From positions 1 through 44,590 of the forward strand of contig JBFWOZ010000024.1 in the NCBI GenBank assembly GCA_050250255.1: a stretch of DNA of 44,590 nucleotides, read 5' to 3'. Shown in pieces: positions 28,962-38,073 of the stretch (position 1 is its first letter; each line of letters starts with the position of its first letter). The translations under genes were made by a program, and so were the position numbers. This stretch comes from Bdellovibrionales bacterium. Its GTDB lineage: Bacteria; Bdellovibrionota; Bdellovibrionia; Bdellovibrionales; DASUEL01. Below the pieces are notes generated by a model. The model saw nothing but the letters and a program-made list of their open reading frames with translations, searched no databases and was not told the DNA's origin.

Positions 28962-31700
28962 ATGAAAAAATTAAATCAGCTTTTACACACGACAGAGCCA
29001 GCGCAACTGATGGGGATTTTTGCCTTCGTGTGTTTTTATTCCTTACTTGCTTGGTGGGGCATTTCTTCCTCGATTCGTTCAAACATTGAGTCGCGTCTCG
29101 CGATAGAAGCCGCGCGTATTGAATCTGCCTTTCAAGACCGAATCGAACAACACGTCAATACGCTAGCCTTTACCCAAGCCCATTTTGATGGAATCGCCCC
29201 AACACCCGCAGGCTTTGAAGCTTACATTTCCAAATCAGAAGCTCAAAAACGTCATCCCGGAACTGTAGGCATTGGAATGATTCAAATCGTCACACCTTCC
29301 GAATACTCAGCGGTGACACAGAAAATATTGGCTCGTGTTCCTGTAGCTAAACCCCATAAGCCGGAACCCAAAGACCATTACGCTCTTGTTACCATGATTG
29401 AACCAATGTACTGGAGAAACGAAAAAATTCTTAACCAAGATTTATTTGCGCAATCTGAACTCAAAAAAAGCATTGAGCACTCGATTCAAACGGGTCAGCC
29501 AACAATGAGCACTCCGATTCAACTCGCGGATATGTCTGAGGCAAAAAAATCGGCTTCTTTCTTCATCTTCTTGCCCTTTTATAAAAACTCACGCCAAGAA
29601 ATCTCCACACTCCTCAAAGCTGGTGACTACTCTTCGCTAATTGGTGTTTTGTATCACCAAGTAGGGGCCAGTACTTTGTTTGAAGATATTTTTGGCTCAC
29701 CTTCTTTAAAAAATGACCGGATTAACTTTTATTTCAAATCGACTGACCCACGGAATCCACAAACTTATTATGATCGCTTTGACCTCATGCTCAATGAACA
29801 AATGTTCGACCTTAAAAGCGAAATTAAAAAGGAAATCACAGTTTTTGGGCAAAAGCTTCTTCTTGGCGTAGCCCCTCTTGATCGATTCTACACATTTTCA
29901 GATCTCTACCTCGCTCCCCTTGCAGCTTTTAGTATCTACTTTACCTCCCTTCTCCTCTTTTTCGTTTTGCGGACCAGCCAACGACAAATCCGTTTTGAAT
30001 CTGAGGCAAGAAGATCAGCCCATGAAGTTCAAAAAATCACCATAGAACGTGCCGAAGTACTAAATAAACTTCGCAAGCTTTCAAAAGCGATTTCTCAAGA
30101 GCTCGACATGGATCTCATTATAGACCACTTTATGGAATGCCTAAGGGCCTCAAATGTAGACGTTGCCATCTTGTACTTCAGTGGGCATGAGAACAAATCT
30201 TCAGCGCAGCTTCATAGTTTTTTTGGCGTAAGAGAAAACCAAGTTAATAAAGAAGTTGATAGCTTAGTTGTTCGCGAAGCTCTTGCTGGTGACATCAAAC
30301 TCCTTAAAACTGATTCTCGAAATAAAAATATTTATACAGAAATCTTTGGGAATAATAATCTCGTTGATTGGAGAATTAACTTTATCCCATCAAGAATTGC
30401 CGTAAACAGCGCATTTTTAATAGTTGGAAAACTTCAAGAGCCTGGGTTTAGAGAGATTGAACATGACTTTTTCGACAACGCGATAGCACAGCTAGGAATC
30501 GGTCTCGACAATGCAAAGCTTTACACTAAAGTCGATGAATCCAATAAATCAAAAAGCGCGTTTCTCGCAAATATGAGCCATGAAATTCGCACCCCTTTGA
30601 ATGCCATCATTGGTTTTTCAGAGATTCTCATGACCGAAGATTTAGATGCTCCTCAAAAACAAGCCATCGGCTCTACTCTTCAAAAAAATGGCCATCAGCT
30701 CACAAGAATTATCGACGATATCCTCGATCTTTCAAAAATCGAGGGTGGGAAAATGCATATTGAAAACCATCAAGTACGCTTAACTTCTTTGGTGCGTGAA
30801 CTACAATCCGCTATGACTTTAAGAGCTAAAGATAAAACAATTCAGCTTAATATAGAATGCACCAACCTCATTCCATCAATCATCATGACGGATGAAATCC
30901 GTTTAAAACAAATTCTTATGAACATTGTTGGAAATGCCATTAAATTTACAGATTCCGGTTCGGTAACACTCTCCCTCTCCGCGAGTCGTACCGAAAGTAA
31001 CGAAGTTCTTCTTCGATTCCTTGTGGCTGACACTGGAATTGGTATTTCTGATGAAGCTAAAGAAAACATCTTTAAACCCTTCTCACAAGCCGATAGCTCT
31101 AACACCCGCACCTACGGAGGCTCTGGTCTTGGCTTAGCGCTCAGCCGACGCTTGAGCCGCGAACTAGGAGGAGATGTTGTTCTCGTTAACTCTACAAAAG
31201 GAAAAGGGACAGTTTTCGAAATTTCCATTAACTGTGGCCATGACATCTCTACTGAAGAGTGGACAAAAGCTTCTTTTGATACTCCCTTTGAAAACATGAA
31301 CGATTTTTACGGGAACTCAAACATCAAGCTCAATGGCATTAATTTGCTCCTGGTTGAAGACTCAGAAGACAACCAGGACATATTTAAATATTTTCTTGAA
31401 GAGCGCGGTGCAAATGTTGATATCGTCGATAATGGCCTTGCCGCCGTTGAGCAGGCCTTTGAACACGAATATGATGCCATACTGATGGACATACAATTAC
31501 CTAAGCTGGACGGCAAAGAAGCGACTCGACGGATACGTCAAAGAGGCTTTTGGAGGCCGATCATAGCTTTAACGGCTCACGCCATGTCAGAAGAAAGAGA
31601 AAGCTGCATTCGTGCAGGTTGCAATGGACAGATCACCAAACCCATCTCAGGGACAGAACTTATCGCTCGAGTTGGCGAATACGTAGGGAGGACACAATGA
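28962..31700 (+). CDS. Hybrid sensor histidine kinase (CHASE-like, GAF-like, HisKA, HATPase, REC)
   Basis: FLANMSHEIRTPLN, NAIKFT, DTGIG, GSGLGL, LVEDSEDN, LMDIQLP. Confidence 0.95.
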   Translation: MKKLNQLLHTTEPAQLMGIFAFVCFYSLLAWWGISSSIRSNIESRLAIEAARIESAFQDRIEQHVNTLAFTQAHFDGIAPTPAGFEAYISKSEAQKRHPGTVGIGMIQIVTPSEYSAVTQKILARVPVAKPHKPEPKDHYALVTMIEPMYWRNEKILNQDLFAQSELKKSIEHSIQTGQPTMSTPIQLADMSEAKKSASFFIFLPFYKNSRQEISTLLKAGDYSSLIGVLYHQVGASTLFEDIFGSPSLKNDRINFYFKSTDPRNPQTYYDRFDLMLNEQMFDLKSEIKKEITVFGQKLLLGVAPLDRFYTFSDLYLAPLAAFSIYFTSLLLFFVLRTSQRQIRFESEARRSAHEVQKITIERAEVLNKLRKLSKAISQELDMDLIIDHFMECLRASNVDVAILYFSGHENKSSAQLHSFFGVRENQVNKEVDSLVVREALAGDIKLLKTDSRNKNIYTEIFGNNNLVDWRINFIPSRIAVNSAFLIVGKLQEPGFREIEHDFFDNAIAQLGIGLDNAKLYTKVDESNKSKSAFLANMSHEIRTPLNAIIGFSEILMTEDLDAPQKQAIGSTLQKNGHQLTRIIDDILDLSKIEGGKMHIENHQVRLTSLVRELQSAMTLRAKDKTIQLNIECTNLIPSIIMTDEIRLKQILMNIVGNAIKFTDSGSVTLSLSASRTESNEVLLRFLVADTGIGISDEAKENIFKPFSQADSSNTRTYGGSGLGLALSRRLSRELGGDVVLVNSTKGKGTVFEISINCGHDISTEEWTKASFDTPFENMNDFYGNSNIKLNGINLLLVEDSEDNQDIFKYFLEERGANVDIVDNGLAAVEQAFEHEYDAILMDIQLPKLDGKEATRRIRQRGFWRPIIALTAHAMSEERESCIRAGCNGQITKPISGTELIARVGEYVGRTQ

Positions 31701-31996
31701 TGGAAGATGAAGTTTTTATTCCAAAAGAAGCACGGCTTCAGTATCTAGAACGAAGAAAGAAAGATCTCGTAACACTCAGAGAAAATCTAAATGAGAAAAA
31801 GGATGACGAATTCAAAAGAATTGGCCATCAGCTCAAAGGAAATGCCTCTACGTTTGGATTTCTAGACCTCGAAAAAATCGCCATCAATTTGGAAAAGGTC
31901 GGGGAAAGTAAAAATTGGGCGGAAGCTGAGACCCAGTTAAAACTTTTTGAAAATTGGATCTCTGTAGAGTCTGGGAAAGCCTCTCAATACAAATAG
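31697..31996 (+). CDS. Hpt phosphotransfer protein
   Basis: GHQLKGNASTFGF; ATGA overlap with the kinase stop codon. Confidence 0.9.
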   Translation: MMEDEVFIPKEARLQYLERRKKDLVTLRENLNEKKDDEFKRIGHQLKGNASTFGFLDLEKIAINLEKVGESKNWAEAETQLKLFENWISVESGKASQYK

Positions 31997-32005
31997 AACT
32001 TCATC

Positions 32006-32034
32006 AAAGGGGCGCTTTAAATAACGCCCCTTTT
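32006..32034 (+). terminator. Intrinsic terminator
   Basis: AAAGGGGCG...CGCCCCTTTT. Confidence 0.7.
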
Positions 32035-32134
32035 CATAATCAGTACCAATAAAGTACACACGTACCTAACTGTCCACATTTTCACCCCAACTCCCGTTAT
32101 TTCAGTTTCTATAACCCATAATTTCCATTTTTGT

Positions 32135-32150
32135 TGGCACAAGAACTGCT
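32135..32150 (+). promoter_or_regulatory. Putative sigma54 promoter
   Basis: TGGCACAAGAACTGCT upstream of 32236. Confidence 0.7.
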
Positions 32151-32235
32151 CCTATGTCCTTGAAAGAAGTTTCACACAAATAGAAGTAAACAATCACTTG
32201 CTAGGATAAAGGCAAGAGAACAATGAGGGGGTATT

Positions 32236-32775
32236 ATGAACATGGAAGCTGCTGTACCAAGAATGGATTTAAAATCGATGTACGACTATTTAGGGAGCGG
32301 ACTCTTTGCTGATAATAAGTTTAAATCTATCCTTTTGATTGAGGACGATCCTGATTTTGCTGCCGTTTTAAAATCGCATCTTGAAAGCCAACCTGGCATT
32401 CGAGTGAAAGTGGCTAAGGATCCGTATGAAGCCACTGATGCGCTTACAGAGAAGTGTTATGACCTCGTCATTGCCGACTGGGCCTTACCACCTTTTAACG
32501 CTTCAAATGCGATTCAACAGGCAGATAACTTTTTAAGAATGGATCCTCTTCTCCCATTAAAATGGACGTACCAACGTGTGCCCGTTCTTTTAATTTCAGG
32601 TCAGGATCACACAAAAGAATTAAAGCACTTGAAGCCATTCGAACATTTTGAATTGGTGCAATTTCTCTTAAAGCAATCAGGCATTCGTAAGATTGCAAAC
32701 AAAGTTAAGAGACTACTCGGGCACAAGCGGTTGGGTAAGATTCCAAAGCTTGCTTTGGCTCCTACCACTCACTAG
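32236..32775 (+). CDS. Single-domain response regulator (REC)
   Basis: ILLIEDD, YDLVIADW, VPVLLISG, FLLK. Confidence 0.82.
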   Translation: MNMEAAVPRMDLKSMYDYLGSGLFADNKFKSILLIEDDPDFAAVLKSHLESQPGIRVKVAKDPYEATDALTEKCYDLVIADWALPPFNASNAIQQADNFLRMDPLLPLKWTYQRVPVLLISGQDHTKELKHLKPFEHFELVQFLLKQSGIRKIANKVKRLLGHKRLGKIPKLALAPTTH

Positions 32776-32790
32776 AAAAGGAGTGAAGAT

Positions 32791-33045
32791 ATGAAGGTCT
32801 ATTTTCATAGAAAAGTATTGTGGCGTTTAAATAGAAGAAAACGCCCTTCCGAAGCACAACTCTCCACATGGGAAGGTGAAGGTGGCTGGGTCAACTCCGC
32901 GTCCCAGCAGCAAAGTTTTTTTGAACGAGTAAGCGATTACTTGCGAGTAAAAATAGCAATGCTTTCTAAGATGTATAAGGATTTGGCGTCTGCATGGACC
33001 CCCTCACCCAATCGCAGCATGACATCTCAATCGTACAACCCTTAA
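32791..33045 (+). CDS. Small hypothetical protein
   Basis: AAGGAG RBS; WEGEGG motif; followed by a terminator. Confidence 0.6.
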   Translation: MKVYFHRKVLWRLNRRKRPSEAQLSTWEGEGGWVNSASQQQSFFERVSDYLRVKIAMLSKMYKDLASAWTPSPNRSMTSQSYNP

Positions 33046-33066
33046 TCTTCATCACTTTTTAAAAGT

Positions 33067-33103
33067 AAAATACCTCCATCTTCCTCGATGGGGGTATTTT
33101 TTT
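33067..33103 (+). terminator. Intrinsic terminator
   Basis: AAAATACCTCCATC-N6-GATGGGGGTATTTTTTT. Confidence 0.75.
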
Positions 33104-33123
33104 ATGTGGACATGCTGAGGAAA

Positions 33124-33270
33124 GGTTGGAGGCTTGGGTTTATCGTTTGAGGTTTGTCGTACCGTTAGAGGTTTATAGTTTGGGCTTCCGGTTGAGCATC
33201 GTTGAGGCTTAGACCTCAAACCTTTAAACGGTACCTCGGACCTCAAACGATAAACCCCAAACCTCCAACC
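33124..33270. repeat. 147-bp imperfect palindrome (long hairpin; possible sRNA or MITE/REP-like element)
   Basis: Arm GGTTGGAGGCTTGGGTTTATCGTTTGAGGT...GTACCGTT pairs with AACGGTAC...ACCTCAAACGATAAACCCCAAACCTCCAACC. Confidence 0.8.
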
Positions 33271-33289
33271 ATCATGGCGTAGCTTCTAT

Positions 33290-33322
33290 AAAAAAAGCCG
33301 GTAGGTCTCCCACCGGCTTTTT
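33290..33322. terminator. Bidirectional intrinsic terminator
   Basis: AAAAAAAGCCGGT-N8-ACCGGCTTTTT. Confidence 0.8.
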
Positions 33323-33354
33323 ACTTTTCGCTTAACTACCTGAGAGATTTCCAA

Positions 33355-34752
33355 TTAGTTCAATTGATAATCCTGGACTCGTCGATAAAGAGTTTTTCTA
33401 TCGATCGAAAGATCGCGTGCGGTGCGATCTTTCGCGCCATTATTAATGGTCAAAGCGTATTGAATATACTTATTGATCACTTCATTGAGAGGAAGAATCT
33501 TGTTTTTTGGCAGATTGAAGTTATCTTCATCCGACGCAGAAGATCCTTGGCTCATCAACGTTGGCTCATCAAGGTCCATCGTTAAGTCTTTTTTCTCGAT
33601 AACTCCTGTCGTTGCAAGAACGACGGCGCGTTCAATAACGTTTTGAAGCTCTCGTACGTTCCCCTTCCAAGTATTTTTTAATAAATACTCCATGGCATCC
33701 TTCGAAAATCCTGTCGCTTTTGAATTATTCAAAGCTGCATATTTTCTTAGAAAGAATTCTGAGAGAGGCAAAATATCTTCAATGCGATCCGCCAACGAAG
33801 GAACATGTATAGGAATGACGTTAAGCCGAAAAAATAAATCTTCTCGGAAGCGCTTCTCTAAGACTTCCTTTTTCAAATTTTTATGGGTTGCTGAAATAAC
33901 ACGCACATTAATATCACGATATTGGTTTTCACCAATTCGTTTAATTTTTTGCTCTTGTAAAACACGTAAAAGTTTTGCCTGAAGCGGAAGACTTAAATCA
34001 CCAATCTCATCTAAGAAGATAGTCCCCTTATTTGCCTCCTCAAAAAGACCAATTTTTTTATCAATTGCTCCCGTAAAAGAGCCTTTTGCATAACCAAAAA
34101 GTTCAGATTCGAGAAGATTCTCTGGTATCGCTGTACAGTTAATTGCGACAAACGTAAATTTCTTACGGTTACTCAGTTGGTGAATTGTTTTTGCGATCAC
34201 TTCTTTTCCAGAACCGCTTTGACCTGAAATCAAAATGCTGGAGCTGGAATTTGCTACACGCTTTGCAAGATCCAAAGTTTTTAGAAACTGTGGGCTCTTA
34301 CCTATGATGCCGTCGACACTCGTACCTTCGCTGCTACTAACGACCGCTTTTAAAACATTATTCTCAGCTTGCACTTTATGGAGATAAAGAGCTCTCTCTA
34401 CAGAGACGAGAAGTTGAGGAAAATGAAGAGGCTTCACGACAAAATCATAAGCGCCTGCTTTAATCGCCTCAATCGCCATCTCAGATGTGCGATGAGAGGT
34501 CATCAAAATGATAGGTGCCGTGATCCCTTCTTCCTTAAGAGTTGTTGTTAACTCAAGGCCCGACATATTTGGCAATTTATAATCAGTTAAAATAATATCA
34601 CACGACTGCGGATCTTTTTTGAGCTTGTCTAAAGCATCTTCCGCATCTGTGAAAGCTTTAACTTCATACCCTTTGGGACGGAAAAATCCCACTATGACGT
34701 CTTGAATATCTATATCATCATCAATTACGAACAATCTTGTTTTTGTTTTCAT
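33355..34752 (-). CDS. Sigma54-dependent response regulator (NtrC/AtoC family: REC-AAA+-Fis HTH)
   Basis: GQSGSGKE, ESELFG..KGSFTGA, LDEIG, FREDLFFRL, WKGNVREL, LSIDRKTLYRR; start MKTKT (34752). Confidence 0.96.
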   Translation of the reverse strand: MKTKTRLFVIDDDIDIQDVIVGFFRPKGYEVKAFTDAEDALDKLKKDPQSCDIILTDYKLPNMSGLELTTTLKEEGITAPIILMTSHRTSEMAIEAIKAGAYDFVVKPLHFPQLLVSVERALYLHKVQAENNVLKAVVSSSEGTSVDGIIGKSPQFLKTLDLAKRVANSSSSILISGQSGSGKEVIAKTIHQLSNRKKFTFVAINCTAIPENLLESELFGYAKGSFTGAIDKKIGLFEEANKGTIFLDEIGDLSLPLQAKLLRVLQEQKIKRIGENQYRDINVRVISATHKNLKKEVLEKRFREDLFFRLNVIPIHVPSLADRIEDILPLSEFFLRKYAALNNSKATGFSKDAMEYLLKNTWKGNVRELQNVIERAVVLATTGVIEKKDLTMDLDEPTLMSQGSSASDEDNFNLPKNKILPLNEVINKYIQYALTINNGAKDRTARDLSIDRKTLYRRVQDYQLN

Positions 34753-34883
34753 ACAAATATAACTAGCACCTCCACTTTTATCACACAAGAACTATCTGAG
34801 ACAATTTTCCTCGTTCAAAAATTAAAAATGCCCCAGATTTTTTTTCGAGCGTGGCCAAATGCACCATAGCCATTTTTTAAGAG

Positions 34884-34899
34884 TGGTATATGTTTTGCT
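34884..34899 (+). promoter_or_regulatory. Putative sigma54 promoter
   Basis: TGGTATATGTTTTGCT upstream of the DUF1328 gene. Confidence 0.7.
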
Positions 34900-34939
34900 C
34901 TATTCGTTATCGATTTTAAAATAATCAACTGGAGGTTCT

Positions 34940-35122
34940 ATGTTACAAGCAGCATTAATGTTTTTCGTTTTAGCACTCGTTGCAATTCTTTTTGGCGCAA
35001 CCGGTTTTGCAGGTGTGTCAATGGAAATTGGTCGCACTCTCCTCGTAGTGTTTCTTGTGCTCGCTGCTATTAGCTTTATCGGTAGCCTAATCACTGGGCG
35101 TCGAACGAATTATCTACCGTAG
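34940..35122 (+). CDS. DUF1328 (YtjA/UPF0391) small membrane protein
   Basis: MLQAALMFFVLALVAILFGATG...IGRTLLVVFLVL. Confidence 0.88.
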   Translation: MLQAALMFFVLALVAILFGATGFAGVSMEIGRTLLVVFLVLAAISFIGSLITGRRTNYLP

Positions 35123-35280
35123 TTGTACATAAAAGTTTTCATGGACGTGAGAGGCGGTATCCCCTCATCCCACTGACTCTCACGTCCTTATTTTAGGCCG
35201 CGTCATCCCTCCCGTCTGGGGCATTCTTCCACATATCAACATTTCATTCAAAAATCTCCTCTAGAAGTTTTTTTAAAATG

Positions 35281-35296
35281 TGGCAGTCACTTTGCA
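35281..35296 (+). promoter_or_regulatory. Putative sigma54 promoter
   Basis: TGGCAGTCACTTTGCA upstream of 35360. Confidence 0.7.
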
Positions 35297-35359
35297 ACTA
35301 TGAATACTAACCTATGTTTTAAATTTGATTTAAGGAAATAACAATTTAAGGAGAACAAA

Positions 35360-35671
35360 ATGGCTAATACACAATCTCAAACACCAAATTCGAATAACCA
35401 AAAAAATTATTCATCACAACAAGGGCAACAAAGACAGCGGGGTAAAGACGACTTTTCACAATCTTCGTTATCATCACAATCTTCACAAAGAGATTCATCT
35501 TGGAATAAAAATGACGATGTAGGTTCTGGCAATCAAAAAAGCGCAGGCCAAAAAGGCGATAGAGATATGTCCGCTCAAAAAGGAAAATCACAAACAGATC
35601 GCGAACAAACTCCACGCACTTTTAACGATGACGACGATACAAATCGCGATGCGACTGAGTACATGGGGTAA
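35360..35671 (+). CDS. Hydrophilic low-complexity (Q/S/N/D-rich) protein
   Basis: AAGGAG RBS; almost no hydrophobic residues. Confidence 0.7.
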   Translation: MANTQSQTPNSNNQKNYSSQQGQQRQRGKDDFSQSSLSSQSSQRDSSWNKNDDVGSGNQKSAGQKGDRDMSAQKGKSQTDREQTPRTFNDDDDTNRDATEYMG

Positions 35672-35691
35672 CTAACCAAAGGGAGACCGTT

Positions 35692-36090
35692 ATGGGAGAA
35701 CTTAAAAAAATTGAAATCTTTTTATTAAGCTTATTTATTTTTGTTCTTGCAGCCGTGTCTCACTCTTACGCTGAAGCAGCTTCAAATGGGCAGAGCGTTG
35801 ATTCAGGAAACGGTGGAAGATCGTCAAATGCCAATAGTGGCGCAGACAAAATCGATCCCGCAATGAACGAAACTGATTCCATTATCGTAGAACGAATTCG
35901 ACAAGAAATTTTGAATGAACCTACGCTCTCTGTAACCGCTTTAAACGTAGAGATAGAAAGCTCCAATGGGAAAGTGACCGTTAGGGGTCTTGTCGAATCG
36001 CCTGAAGATAAAATGATAGTTATTGAAAAAGCAAAATCAGTTGCTGGCGCTCAGAACGTAACTGACGAAGTTATGATTCGCTCAGAATAA
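35692..36090 (+). CDS. BON-domain protein
   Basis: DSIIVERIRQEI, LSVTALNVEI, GKVTVRGLV. Confidence 0.88.
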   Translation: MGELKKIEIFLLSLFIFVLAAVSHSYAEAASNGQSVDSGNGGRSSNANSGADKIDPAMNETDSIIVERIRQEILNEPTLSVTALNVEIESSNGKVTVRGLVESPEDKMIVIEKAKSVAGAQNVTDEVMIRSE

Positions 36091-36100
36091 AGGAGATGAT

Positions 36101-36709
36101 ATGAAAGAAAATTACAAAATTGTTTTTGGAATTTATAAGATGAAAGCGGATGCGGAAAGAGCGGTTGATACTTTTAAAGCTGATGGTTTTCGCTCCTCAG
36201 ACATCTCCGTCTTAGTTCCTAACTCTCATTCAGCAGAAGCTCCTCAAATGGTCCACGAAAACAGTACAAAAGCTCCGGAAGGAGCGATCACCGGCGCCGG
36301 AACTGGCGTAGTGATTGGTGGAGCATTAGGTTGGCTCTTAGGTGCAGGAGTTATTGCAATTCCAGGCATAGGTCCACTTTTAGCTGCAGGCCCTCTTGTC
36401 GCGGCTTTGGCTGGTGCTGGGATCGTAGGAACTGTTGGCGGTTTAAGTGGCGCGTTGATTGGTGTTGGTATTCCTGAATATGAAGCTAAGCGCTATGAAG
36501 GTTATCTCAGTAAAGGTGGCGTTTTGCTATCTGTACACGCGGATAATGCAGAATGGGTTTCCAAGGCTAAGCATATTCTAGACATGACTGGTGCGAGTGA
36601 TATTTCTACCAGTCGTGAAGCAGAACCAGAATGGAAAGACGTCTCTGTACCACCCCAGTACAATAGAATTCCTAATACGGGTATTTATCCAAATACTCCG
36701 ATACTTTGA
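36101..36709 (+). CDS. General stress membrane protein (glycine-zipper)
   Basis: GFRSSDISVL, TKAPEGA, IPGIGPLLAAGP, GIPEYEAKRYE, GGVLLSVH. Confidence 0.85.
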   Translation: MKENYKIVFGIYKMKADAERAVDTFKADGFRSSDISVLVPNSHSAEAPQMVHENSTKAPEGAITGAGTGVVIGGALGWLLGAGVIAIPGIGPLLAAGPLVAALAGAGIVGTVGGLSGALIGVGIPEYEAKRYEGYLSKGGVLLSVHADNAEWVSKAKHILDMTGASDISTSREAEPEWKDVSVPPQYNRIPNTGIYPNTPIL

Positions 36710-36722
36710 ATGTAAACGTCAC

Positions 36723-36759
36723 AAAGCCATCTTACGTCAACGTAAGATGGCTTTTTTTT
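36723..36759 (+). terminator. Intrinsic terminator
   Basis: AAAGCCATCTTACG-TCAA-CGTAAGATGGCTTTTTTTT. Confidence 0.8.
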
Positions 36760-36781
36760 AAACAATAAATGGAGGTTCCAA

Positions 36782-37435
36782 ATGTTTAATTTAAAAAAAT
36801 GTCTACTTACTTGCTCTGTTCTACTTGCCGCTACCACAACCTTTGCACAAGAGGCTGGAACTATTGAAGCCAACGCAGAAAGAGAAAGCTCTTCACCGGA
36901 GCGTTTTTTTCGTCGAATCATTGCCGTAGGCTCTCTCACAAATGCCGGATATGAAGGTGGCGACTCTTCACGTTATGAAAAACCAAATGGTTATAACGTG
37001 GGGATCCTCCTTGATCTACTCGGAATGAATAAATTGGTTCTCGAGACCGGCGCTCTGTATAGACAGCTCGGCACAACAATGGAAAACGGTCTTGGCGAAA
37101 ATCACTTAACGGCAAATTATATTTCTGTACCTGCAACGGCGAAATATTATTTTAGTGGTCAAGAAAGAAACTCGCTATACCTAAAGGCTGGGGCCATGGG
37201 GTCAACCCTCGTTTCAAATAACACAGCTTATGTCACATCTAGCACAACAAAAATTGGAGCACGCACGTGGGAAACCGCTCTTATCGGTGGGCTTGGCGCA
37301 AAACTAGTTCTCAATGAAACTACAGATCTTGTTTTGGAAGGCAGTTATACACGGGCTTTAGATAGCGTTTTCGAAGATGTAGAAGTGTATCGCTCAGATT
37401 ATAGCGGTACATTAGGAGTCGCGGTTAATTTGTAA
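36782..37435 (+). CDS. Outer-membrane beta-barrel protein
   Basis: Signal peptide; amphipathic strands (LETGALY, YISVPATAKYY, LEGSY). Confidence 0.75.
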   Translation: MFNLKKCLLTCSVLLAATTTFAQEAGTIEANAERESSSPERFFRRIIAVGSLTNAGYEGGDSSRYEKPNGYNVGILLDLLGMNKLVLETGALYRQLGTTMENGLGENHLTANYISVPATAKYYFSGQERNSLYLKAGAMGSTLVSNNTAYVTSSTTKIGARTWETALIGGLGAKLVLNETTDLVLEGSYTRALDSVFEDVEVYRSDYSGTLGVAVNL

Positions 37436-37451
37436 GCTATATTTCGAGACT

Positions 37452-37489
37452 AAAAAATATCCAAATTCTTTAGAATTTGGATATTTTTT
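37452..37489. terminator. Bidirectional terminator hairpin
   Basis: AAAAAATATCCAAATTCT-TT-AGAATTTGGATATTTTTT between convergent genes. Confidence 0.7.
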
Positions 37490-37853
37490 AAAGATAGTCA
37501 GGAGTTACAGTCATTTCATTATTAACGAGACGTACACCTGGAAGGGCCTCAACGAGACGTACCACTCTTTCCAATTCTGCGTCGCTACGGACTAAGCCAT
37601 TTAAAGTAATCACTCCATCATCAGAGTAAATCTTTAAATTTTGAGCCTGCACTGACAGAGCATCGTCTTTAATAAACTCTCCTCTAATTCTTTCCACAAT
37701 TCCTTCATCATCGTCCACAGAATGTAGAGAGCCGAAATCCGTAGAACTAGATTTCGGAAAAAAAGAACTATGAGAAGAAGCTCCGTAACTTGAATATGAT
37801 ATCAAAGTCGAAAAACTAGTTGCGAGCGCGAACGCATACAAGAACTTAGTCAT
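37488..37853 (-). CDS. BON-domain protein
   Basis: LSVQAQNLKI, GVITLNGLV, PGVRLVNNEMTV; AAGGAG RBS before ATG 37853. Confidence 0.88.
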   Translation of the reverse strand: MTKFLYAFALATSFSTLISYSSYGASSHSSFFPKSSSTDFGSLHSVDDDEGIVERIRGEFIKDDALSVQAQNLKIYSDDGVITLNGLVRSDAELERVVRLVEALPGVRLVNNEMTVTPDYL

Positions 37854-37889
37854 TATTTTCTCCTTGAAAAGAAACTCAAACTTAAAAAT

Positions 37890-37905
37890 TGCTAAATACA
37901 TGCCA
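37890..37905 (-). promoter_or_regulatory. Putative sigma54 promoter
   Basis: TGGCATGTATTTAGCA upstream of 37853. Confidence 0.65.
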
Positions 37906-38025
37906 CCGCTCGTCAGCCGAGGAGGAGAAAGTGTGCGACCTGTCATAGAGTGAGAGGAAAATCGCCCCGACGTTTAATCTCATCCCTCCTAAAAAGGTTC
38001 ATCAGGCCCTAGAAAGACAACAGGA

Positions 38026-38041
38026 TGGCGTTCTTTTTGCT
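38026..38041 (+). promoter_or_regulatory. Putative sigma54 promoter
   Basis: TGGCGTTCTTTTTGCT upstream of 38074. Confidence 0.68.
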
Positions 38042-38073
38042 TCTTAATAAAAACTAATAACAAGGAGGGTTGC

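Noticed and set aside
35143..35187. GGACGTGAGA...TCTCACGTCC hairpin as a regulatory RNA
   Set aside because: Lies right after the DUF1328 stop and is followed by TTATTTT; most simply a terminator or stability hairpin
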